Shown in pieces: positions 38,429-48,809 of a stretch of 64,000 nucleotides of DNA. The DNA comes from Amphiscolops sp. MND2022 (taxonomy: Eukaryota). Below the pieces are notes generated by a model. The model saw only the letters and a list, made by a program, of their open reading frames with translations. It did not search any database and was not told the DNA's origin. The position numbers were made by a program, and so were the translations under genes. Location: contig OZ076417.1 in the NCBI GenBank assembly GCA_964187785.1, forward strand, positions 55,118,001 through 55,182,000, given 5' to 3'. How positions within the stretch are numbered: position 1 is the stretch's first letter; each line of letters begins with the position of its first letter.

Positions 38429-41400
38429 GCATGACGTTTAATGCTCTATAATTATAATAATAATAATAACAAAAATAGTTATTCATTAATATTAATGATA
38501 ATAATGATTTAATTGGGCTCTTTTTCTTTTTCCCCACACTTTCAAAGGAAAAAAGGATTTCAACATAATGGATTGTATTTGGCTATATCGTTTAATGAAA
38601 AATGGGGAGGGGGTGTTTGAAAAAGTTCCCAAATGTTTCATTGGAAACTCAATTAAGAGCAAATTAATTGCTAAAAAAATATCATCAAGAAAAGTGGGGA
38701 AAGGGAAAAGTTCCTTTAATTTATCTGGTATCTACTAAATAGAACAACTTGGATAAACAACATTCTCTATCCTACCGACTTTTTCATTCATGAGATAACG
38801 AGAAACTAAACTCACAGTCGCGCTATTTTTTGTTCCACGGTCACGGTTTTTGTTATAGACTAGTTTTATAGTCAAAAGATAGAGGAGACAGAAGCTCATT
38901 AAAAATGGTCTTCAAACCGTTTCTTTTTTTTTAATCCAACTTTTGCTGTTCTGTTTATGTTGGTTGAAAAGGATGACAAAAAACTTCTGAGCTTCCTGTT
39001 TCTTTAAAATTTTACCGGGAATTTGAGATTCTAGGAATGTTCAGACTTGAGATTCGCTTGTTGCTAATTTCTTTGGATATCAGTAGTTTTGTAGACACTC
39101 AACACAGGTGTATATTGGTATACGATTCATCCGTCTCCTGGCTTTTACCGATTTTCGGTTCACCATTGCAGTCTAGAGTACCATACGAGTTGTTTGCTAA
39201 CAAACTCAAAAGAACTTAGTTTACATCCATCCATTTGTACTACAGTTTTGGGTACGATATAGTGCTTCATAAAAAGCTTAAACTTTAAATCTCGATTCCC
39301 TTCATAGTTAGCATAGTCGTAGACAGGGGTGTTCAATAAACAATTATGGGTAAGAATAATTATGATAACTTTTATTAGACTCTCTATGTACAAGTTTTTA
39401 ATATTATTCAGACTCCCTCTGACACGCTAGACTCTCTATGACCCAGCTGGAAAAGTTAACTTGCAAATGTTTTAAAACAACAGGAGTTTCGTTTCTCAAA
39501 AAACATATGCCGAGTTAGTTGGGTGTGATAAGATTACAATTGCAATATTTTCCAAATGTCTAACTCTTGATTAACATTTCTTTCAAGGCCGAAAACATTT
39601 ATTACGTGTTATTTGATATTATTAGATTCTTTATGTCCGCCCAGCGAGGATTATCGGAGGTCACGTGACCTAATCTTTTTCTGACGTCACAGCTTCTCAT
39701 TCGTTGTTCATTTCATTCCGCATACTAGACAGCAGCTATAGCAGCATTCTACATTGTTTCTAATCAATTCTTATGCTACACTTATAGCCTGGTGACGGTC
39801 TCAGCCTTTTAACTATTAAACTCTCGATGATTTTGGTTCTCGATTATCAGACAATATATGACTCAAAAACTAATATTATAGGACAATTAATGAATAAAAT
39901 AGCCCCCAATTTTTTGCGATTACTATTTTCTTGACTCTGTTTCTTTTTAACGGTTTAAAATAGAGTAACAAAACTTATACAAATGTTTACATTGGGTAAA
40001 ACCTAAACGGAATGTATCCTTTGAGTCCAAAATGGGAGTGTCATTTTGAAGTTTTGATTTAAAATGTTTTGAGCACTAATTCTCAATCCTTACGTGGCAA
40101 GGGTATTTCTTGCCTTTGATTTGCATTTGTAAGCCAATGATGCTTACTAACATCAACTAAACAACGTTTATGAACCGTAATATGCAACTAATGTTCTGTT
40201 TCTAGTTTTTTAAGCATATTTTTCTCGTATTCTACCAATTTTTGATTGTGTGTCATGTAGCAAATGCGAATGTAAACGCTTCCTGATTTTTCTGAAAAAC
40301 TTCCGATGAAGTGTCCAGTTATGTGTTTACTGAAATGACTAATTGCGAAATTGATTAGCGTGCCAAAACGGCAGCTGGCTCTTGGAAAAATATGAAATGG
40401 CATCAAGCCAAACGCCTTTTGAGAAGACAGATTGCGTCAAGGCGAGTCTAATAATTATCACTCTTCGATTAACTGTCGAGTAAGTCCCGAGTTTCGCCAA
40501 GAAAAGACATGAAGGGAACCAAAGTGAACCTCATCTTATTCCTCGAATGACTCTCTGTCTGGCCAGTCCTGGGGGTTTCCTTCGCGTAAACCGTAGAACT
40601 GTGTAACGTCTAGTTTTTGTTGAACATGTAAGACGCTGTATGATTACCATTCACAATAGAAAGAAACAATTTGATGTCATAACATAGCGTTCCCGTCATA
40701 CTGAAGGTGCATTTCTTTACGACACGAAACTCTTTCACAACATAATCTGCGATTTTGGGCATACGGATGTGCTGGCAAAGAAACTCGGCAGGAAAAGTAA
40801 AAACGGACACTGTTTAATAAATAACTGTTTTGGTTTCATTACTTCATTTTCTTCTCCTTTCAGCTTGTTCAGCTTCAAGAGTCGGCACAGAAAATTCGCT
40901 TAATGGTGGAGTTTGCGTTACATCCATTTCGCTAATATTAATAACCAGTTTTGACGATGGAGTTGCGTCAATTTCCGAGTCGAGTAAATCCAACACTGTC
41001 AGTGAACAAGGGTTTGACTCCAAAATGTTGTCAATTAGTACCTGTGTCGCTTGACGAGGACTTGGAAATCCAATCAGTGGAGTGTCCGTGGCCACAACGA
41101 TGTTTTCTGAACTCATATTTAGTTTAGATTCCTCTTATAGCGCTGGTTTTTCGATCTGAGGCTTCATTGTAATTTAAGTGTCATTAATTGTCTAATAAGT
41201 GCACTTGTTGATTTTTTGAAACATTAGTAGAAACGTGAAAATAAAAACCGTAGAAGAAAAGATATCAAAAAAACTTAAAATTGAAAAGTGCTCGTTTAAG
41301 GTCGCGGAATGAAGACAAACACAACTGATTACGCAATTCGTTGAGCGGTAGACGGAACGGCAGCGCAAACGCGTTTCCGGCGTGTCAAAATGATGTCATA

Positions 41401-41867
41401 GAGGGTCTTGAGCGGTTATTGGTTATCTCACTAACGAGCCGGCGGAAATTTCCAACTCTGTGCATGCAGCCTTGTATTTGGACACTATTTGATGGTTTAT
41501 ATTTGTTTTTGCTGCAGTGTGGGAATAACTTCCCAACTTGAGAAAGTCTCTATGTACACCCGTATTTTGGAGCTCAGACTTCCTATGACACACTTTTTTT
41601 GCGTTTTCTATGTACATATATGGTCTAATCGTTATAATAAATAAAATAGAACAATTTATTTTTACACTGAAATGAAAAAAAAAGATTATTTTTGGACCTG
41701 TTAAATATTATCTTTGAGATTACTAAAACTAAGAGCATTATTTAACATATCGTCAGCCATTTAAATTGAATCGGAACGACTTTTTTTACGAAGCAAAACG
41801 TGTCAAGGGATATCACCGCCGAAATCACCGTTTAAGTTTTTGTTGACATCCGTTTTTCGCTATAAAT

Positions 41868-42230
41868 AACAAGACGGGAACGTCCCAAGTCGGCGCCATA
41901 TCTTAGGCTCAAAAATATTCAAGGAACAACTATTGGAAAAATTTGGAAAAAAAAATTTTTTTCAAAAAAAAATTTTTGATTTTTTTTTCGAAAAAAAGTA
42001 TTTTTTAGGTCGCACAATGCCGAAAAACTCATTAAAAAATTTATGGTTTAGTGCGGGATTCGAACCCACGCTCTCCGGCTGGGTCGAAGATGAAAGATGA
42101 ACAAATATGAAAGATGAACAAAAATTGTAAGAAAAGTGGACCACTCAGAGTGAGATTGTCAACTGAAAAAAAAACTACTCACTGTAAGAGTCGGGCTTTT
42201 TTCCTTAAGGGAAAAGGCGCCGACTAAAAA
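41868..42230 (+). mobile_element. DINE-1/HINE-like dispersed repeat (innexin intron 4)
   Basis: Complete head and tail; close relative of 6503-6978. Confidence 0.8.
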
Positions 42231-42630
42231 TTGAGAATAAAAATAATTACTTTAGCAAACAAAAAATAAAAAATTTATTTTTTTCCACCCTGAAAATGAA
42301 ATAATTCATTTTTAAGTAATAATAAAATTCGAATAAAATATTGAACACCGCTGGTTGTAAAATAAAACATACAGCATAAAACGTGGATGGAGTGCCCTGT
42401 GTATATAAATGATATTATTTCAACCAATTTTTGCCTTAGGTTTTGTTTGAATATGATGAAACTAAAAATCTAAAACTGCACCATTTTTCAACCAATTTTT
42501 GCGTAGGTCCAGAAATTTTCGGACTTGAGATTCGTTTGTTTATAAGTTCTTTCTTTGGATGTCAGTAGTTTTGTAGACACACAAACAGGTGTATATGTAT
42601 AGCATAAAACATGAATGACATGCCCTGTAG

Positions 42631-42759
42631 ATGCACTGTGTGCTGCCGATCAACCTGTTCAACGAAGTGGTCTTCCTCATCGTCTGGTTCTGGCTAGTGA
42701 TTGTGTCCGGCATCACTGTGGTCAACTTCTTCCGCTGGTTCTCTGGCTGCAGCTTCCAG
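42631..42759 (+). CDS. Innexin exon 5 (CVLPIN, TM4)
   Basis: MHCVLPINLFNEVVFLIVWFWLVIVSGITVVNFFRWFSGCSFQ with the CVL-x-x-N-x-x-NE signature; ctgtag acceptor; predicted GC donor (CAG|GCACCA). Confidence 0.93.
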
Positions 42760-43381
42760 GCACCACTCACACACATTCATGCCTCACATTCATGCTGCAT
42801 ACAAAATTCAGCCAAAATCATCCAAAGTCTTGAAAAATTCTTGAAAATCATCTAAAATCATGAAAAGTTGTATAAAATCATGAAAAATCATCAAAAATTA
42901 TGGAAAATTATTTCTAAAAATCATTCAAAATCTTCTTTGGTTAATTTTCATTTGGAAACCCTGAGTGAACTGAACAAACATTATATTATGAAACTTTTCT
43001 TTGAATTTTTTGTGGATCTGATTCTTACAATAAGGTTCTTAGCTAAACAGTCACAATATTTGTTCTTCTTTTAATTTGCGTGCTAATGACCCAAACGTTC
43101 AAAGACATATGTATCACGTTCATGAACTTGCCAAAATTACCTTGATCCTGTAAGATCATACCAATTGTACCATGGTTTTCCCTGATTTCTCATGATCTTG
43201 GCAACATTTGCATGGATGTCTTAGAACACAAGGAATAATCGATATTAAAGAGAAACTAAAATAAAGGAAAAAAACTGAAGAAAAGGAAAAAGAAAACTTT
43301 GCGTTTTTTTAGTGACCAATCATGACAAGTTCTCATTTTTTTTTCTTTTCCGGCATGAACGTGTGTGGTTTTGGAAACCAG

Positions 43382-43487
43382 GGCTACGAGTACATTAAGA
43401 AGCACCTCCAGTTCAACGACCGAGAAAAGTACTCGTCAATTGAGGAGAAAAAGATCATTCGCAAATTCATCAAATCCTACTTGAAAT
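43382..43487 (+). CDS. Innexin exon 6
   Basis: GYEYIKKHLQFNDREKYSSIEEKKIIRKFIKSYLK; first AG after a T-rich tract; T|GTGAGT donor; the join with exon 7 rebuilds YLKSDGVF. Confidence 0.9.
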
Positions 43488-43834
43488 GTGAGTAAACAAC
43501 AAACAATTGATAGACCAACTTCAAAGTTATACAATCAATTGATCCAAATCAAAGTTTTTTAGGTTATTCTTGAAGGTTGTGAGGTATAAAGTGATTTGGG
43601 TACAAGGAGTTAACCAAATTCGTCGTATCAGTTTTATCTCTCATCTCCACAGTTTGACATGGAATGCATTCTACTTCTCTTTCAGGTTTTAATTTGATTT
43701 GAACCGTTGAGTTTGATCAAGTTTATTTAACTTCTTGCACTCTGCTTTTTTAAATGGCTATCATGCAGTGCTTGGCATTTTTAAAAATCATTTTTGCTTG
43801 CCTTCAAAATAAGATTTTTAATGCAAACACGCAA

Positions 43835-43952
43835 GTCTGCAAGATTTCTCCAAGATATCCAGATCATGGCGATATTCTTCCAAGATATCCAGATCTTTGG
43901 AAGGTTCTTCCTAGATGTCCAGATTTTTGCAAGATTCTTCCAAGATATCCCG
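43835..43952. repeat. 30-bp minisatellite, left part; resumes at about 45202-45253
   Basis: Unit CAAGATATCCAGATCTTTGCAAGATTCTTC on both sides of the inserted retroelement fragment. Confidence 0.85.
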
Positions 43953-45200
43953 TGTTCGACATCCGTACGGCAAACGATGATGTTGCAGTAGAGGCGTCTA
44001 ATTGTCTATTTCTTTCTTCATTTTGTGCAATTAATTTTTCCATCATAATTTTTAAAAAGGAAATTTCACTTTGGAGGTGATTAAATTTCTCCTCATTGAC
44101 TTGTTGGAGGTCAGTTCCGTTAGTCGGCGAATTTCGACCAGATTGAACCTGTCCGTCTGACGAATTATTGTTATTTTCCATACTTGGGATCACCTGAGTA
44201 CTAGAAGATTCGATCAGTACGTTCGACGAGGTAGATGTTATTATTATTCCGCTTCTGAGTATTCTAGGAGAACTGTTACTCATGTGATGTAAAAGAGATG
44301 AATATTGTGAATAAGAGTTGTATTGTTAGAATAGAGTGAAAATCAAGTCCAAAATTGCGGTTTTACAGCTGGGTATCAGGTACGTTTCGACGGTAGTGTG
44401 TTGTGTTACGCTTCTCTCTCTAGTAGCCCCTCTCTTGGTAAGACGCAATTCTTACCATCGGAACGTCCTATTGGTTGCTAGGTAAGTGTTAATTAGCACT
44501 TGATCACGTGACCAGTCATCATGTATGTCGCAAGATCGCAAGAGGGCTACTAGCTAAAGGTTGTGCGCCAATTCAATTTCAAACCAATTACCATGAATAT
44601 GTAATGTATTCAATCTGGTAATGTGTAACAATCACCTTCTGAGTCATGATAAGCACTGCAAATACATCAATTGGATTATAAAAAAAACAGGAGTTCAATT
44701 AGAACAAGTTTTAAAGGAAGCGATGTGGAAACGATGATTCTATTGCACTAGAATGATTAAATTGTGAATTTCAACAAGTTTTGTCGTTTAGACATCGTTT
44801 TCACTAGTTAGGTACGTTAGTATGGCGGTAGATGTAGAAATGATGAATGAGTTCTAGTCTGTAGTATGTGTGACCAACTAGATGTGGAAACGACGGATCA
44901 GATAAACAGGGAAGGTCATTTTAGTAAATGGAAGAGGTTACATCGCTTTATCATCGTTATAAATAATATCGTTCTCGATGCGGAAACGATAAAAGATTTT
45001 CATCGTTTTTTCATCGTACTCTGTCTTCGCTCAGACACTAACTCGTAAGCGATGTACGAACGATGAAACATTTTCATCGTTTTTACATCGTCAGTGTAAT
45101 AGCACAGATGATTTAATCCAGAGGTTTCATCGCTTTTACATCGTCTCTCTAATTCTCGTTTTCTGCCGTTCTGGCGTGGTGAGACGATGTAATTCAGATG
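43953..45200 (-). mobile_element. Retroelement 5' fragment (LTR/leader plus start of a Gag-like ORF), copy A
   Basis: Minus-strand coiled-coil ORF start (EEKFNHLQSEISFLKIMMEKLI...TSSFAVRMSN) preceded by a CGATG/CATCG-rich block; homologous to 48810-49990; interrupts a 30-bp minisatellite. Confidence 0.55.
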
Positions 45201-45268
45201 AAAGATTCTTTCAAGATATCCAGATCTTTGCAAGATTCTTCCAAGATATCCAGTAATCATGTTTTCAG

Positions 45269-45439
45269 CTGACGGGGTGTTCATAATCCGACTTCTCTCC
45301 AAAAACACGAGCAGTATTTTCATCTCGGACATTCTCTCGGAATTGTACGAGCTGTACAAAGAGAACATGATCAAAATCCGCTCGAAACACGACCTTCAGA
45401 TGGGCTCCTTCACCCCGAATGACGAAGACAATGAGACAG
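45269..45439 (+). CDS. Innexin exon 7 (DGVF motif)
   Basis: SDGVFIIRLLSKNTSSIFISDILSELY matches the innexin YL-x-x-DG-x-F-x-(L/I)R motif; ttttcag acceptor, G|GTCACT donor. Confidence 0.93.
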
Positions 45440-45728
45440 GTCACTGGCGCTTGCTTGGTCCAGAAAAAAATCCCAAAATTAAAAACTCAACCAGCGCACG
45501 GATAAAAATTAAAAACTGGTTAACCAAAATGCTCGATTGGGCAGTGGCTGTTTGTGAGAAAATGCCAAATGGTCTCACAGTGCCGAAAAAACCAAAAGAA
45601 TGATTTTATGTTTATTTTAGCTTCCGGATCGATGTTCCAATAATTTGAAAACTTAAAAGTTCAACGTAGAGATTTTTGGAGCATGAAAAAGGTTTCGGAA
45701 GTTACAGAAACGCTGGAAAACTACAAGA

Positions 45729-45896
45729 AGGTGTTTTTCAGTTTTGTGAATAGCTTGAAAATGTAACCCTTCAGTTCATAAATTCATGTAAACTTCGATA
45801 AAAGTTGACATTAATGTCAACTTTTATCGAAGTTTACATCAGTTTATGAACTGAAAGGTTACATTTTCAAGCTATTTACAAAACTGAAAAACACCT
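45729..45896. repeat. 168-bp spacerless palindrome
   Basis: 84-bp arms centred at 45812/45813 (GACATT|AATGTC), 4 mismatches by manual comparison. Confidence 0.93.
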
Positions 45897-45984
45897 AACT
45901 GGTAACAATTGTTACCCGAAATAGCGTCAAGGTAATTACTGTTAATCAACACGCACAAAAATATAACTCTATATTTTACTATAA

Positions 45985-46125
45985 TTACAAATTTTTCTGT
46001 AAACAAAAATTTCTATAATCAAAACTTTTCAGTAAACAAAATTTTCTATAATCGCGAAACTTTTCTTCAAACAAAGTTTTCTATAATCACAACAGTTTTC
46101 TTCAAAAAATTTTCTATAATTACAA
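45985..46125. repeat. About 30-bp AT-rich minisatellite
   Basis: Reiterated TTTCTATAATC...AAACTTTTC...AAACAAA. Confidence 0.8.
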
Positions 46126-46152
46126 AACCCAAACGAGGCGCCCCTGGCACAG

Positions 46153-46382
46153 GTCAAGACGTGCCCCTGGAGTCGTTCATGTACCCCCTAGGTGAAACGA
46201 AAGGACGCTGGCCCCCTCATCCAGAACAGCCACCTCCCATTGGCTACCCCTACCGCATGAGTCCGCCCCCTCCCCCGCCCTCTAACGGGCTGCAGAGCTA
46301 CCAGCTACCTGAAAAACGGGACCTCGACATGGAACCGCGGTACCCCCAGCCTCCCGAAATAAGGAGTCGAGAACCCCGTTGA
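46153..46382 (+). CDS. Innexin exon 8, proline-rich C-terminal tail
   Basis: cacag acceptor; phase-1 join gives GGT; open to TGA at 46380-46382; the eight exons sum to 1455 nt (divisible by 3); GC-rich like the other exons. Confidence 0.8.
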
Positions 46383-46384
46383 GA

Positions 46385-46535
46385 TGTCATGACGTCACAG
46401 ATATGACGTCACAGATATGACGTCACCGATATGACGTCACAGATGACGTCACCGATATGACGTCGTCACACATATGACGTCACAGATATGATGTCTAAAC
46501 TATGATGTCATCGCTACGTCACAATGATGTCACAG
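46385..46535. repeat. 14-bp minisatellite carrying TGACGTCA, directly after the innexin stop
   Basis: Unit ATGACGTCACAGAT; six perfect TGACGTCA at 46390, 46404, 46418, 46432, 46444 and 46475. Confidence 0.93.
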
Positions 46536-48809
46536 TTTCTACCAATTCCATTGGAGAAAATAAACAAAAATAAACACATAAACATTCTATTGCACGATAA
46601 ATCCAAAAACCAGATTCAAGAAATTTACATTCCGTTTGCAACAATTCTTTGGAAATCTCGCTTCTGGAATGAAAAAATTCACTGAAATGTTCGAAAAATG
46701 AAAAAAGCAATATTTCAATATTTTTGGCATCCAAGTCGTTGTCAAAATAGTGTCGAAAAAAGCATTAAATAGCTTTTTATATTTAGACGATTGGTGTTGT
46801 GAATGTATTTTTTTAATCCGATGATTGGACTTGATTTTTTATTTAACAGGAAGGTAATCTCTTGTAAAACAAAAAGACAACAAAGATGCATGGTTTAGTG
46901 CTATCATGTTTTATCAGCTTCAATCTTTGAAATTTCGCCTATAAAAAGTTTCTTTTAATTACAATCCTGTAAATTACAATCAATATGATAATTGTTCAAT
47001 TTTTTCAGAAAAACCGAGTTTTTTTCAGAAAAAAATTGAGTCTCTTGTTTTCTAGAAACTCCCGATCAAGTAACTTGTAGAGCAAATCCAGAACTTTTTA
47101 AAGCAAATATGAGTCAGCCTGTTTCATTTGAAACTGAGGAAAATATGATGAGGGCTAATATTACTAGAAACACAATTAGAACGAAGAACCAAAATCAAGT
47201 CGATTAGCCGAAATGTATGTTCTATTTCGAATTGTGTAAAAAGAAGACATTATTTTAACAAAGATTTACTTCTAGTCAACTAGACTATGCAAAACAATAC
47301 ATACCAAATACAGTGTAGGGCGTTGAAAATTTGCAGAATAAAATTCAAATTTGTTTTCCAAAATCAGTCTCCTTTATCAATCTTGATTCCAATTGGCTAA
47401 TTCCAAAAATTAGACAATCAAATTTAACAAAACAGACATTCAAAATTAGCATACGCAATTACCAAGCTACTAGAGAGATAGAAAGAATGCGAATGCTGCT
47501 TCGCATTGCGGCACAAACTTTCAATCTCAATTACCAGCTATATGCGAGAAGAGGATTACTAAAATTGAATGTCGATTTGAAATTTTTGAATGTCTATTTA
47601 ATCTTTCAACTGATTGGTGCGGGACTTTTGAATGTCGTTTTGCAAATTTTCAGCATCACACATTGTAAATATCGTTCTATTCAGATTAACAGTACAGTAG
47701 CGTTCTAAAAATGCAACTCCATTACTCAAAATGACAAAATCCCAAACTAATGAAGTCGCAAACTGCCACAAATGCAAAAAATTGTCAGGAAAGTTTCTTG
47801 GTATTTTATCTAGTTGTTTACCAAATGTTTGTTTGAATGTTCTGAGACAAAAATTGCGAAAGTTAGAAATTGTAAATTTTGACGAAATTTCATCAAACTT
47901 GCACTTTTTATCAATTTTCACAAAAATGAAAAAATATTTTTGAAAAAATTTGAGACAATTTTTTGTCCCCAAATCTCCTGAGGATGCCGGTATAACTTGA
48001 TTGAACTATTTGTTTTTCGATTTCCAATATATATCATCAATTTTTTAATTTTTTAAATACAATTCCTATGGCCTATCTCAATACATGTGTTACAGTGTTC
48101 ATAGACGCAAAGAGAATACATTTTTTTCTGATTTCAAACTAATTTTCTTTTAGGACTATTCAAAAGATTCGGGAGATTGTAAGGAATCTCAAAATATTTT
48201 AATTTCCAAAAAAGCTGAATTTAGGCATCTAAAACATCGAATTAACTCATATTTCAATTGAAATTTCCCAAAGTCTGCATTTTCCAACTTTCTTAATATG
48301 TGTCGTAGAAATTTTTTATAAACATTTTTGTAAAGTACAAAAAATCCAAGAAACGTTCTCAACTGACTACGTTTGTATTCCCAGCGGTTTTCAAGATGTT
48401 TGGGTTTACAAATGAAAATTTTAAGCAATGGAGTTGCGATCTTTTAGAACGCTACTGTATCTTGTTTATGGAGAAATATGTTAGTAAAAAGTCGTTTATT
48501 CACTGGCAAGTTCAGATGTATCATTCTATTTAGTTGGCAGTCATTCTGAATAAGTCGGTTCGGTATGTCACCGTATTACAACGTACTAGGAGAAAATTCA
48601 AACAATTTGTGCGGTGGTAAAAAAAACAAAGGGATCAATGCAATGTTGCGAACCAGCAAAGATTTTCGTAAAGAAAATTTAGAGTTAAAGGGCAAAGGAA
48701 AATTTCTAATAGTCCAACTCCAACTGAAAGAAAGGTTGCTAATGAAGCTTCGGTGGCTAAGGTTCTTTTGAGTGGTAACTTTCACTACGTTTGGCGCCAA
48801 AATATTGTC

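Noticed and set aside
47330-48460. ORFs of 125 and 124 aa
   Set aside because: Low-complexity AT-rich sequence typical of DNA-transposon interiors; no motifs or credible splice pattern.
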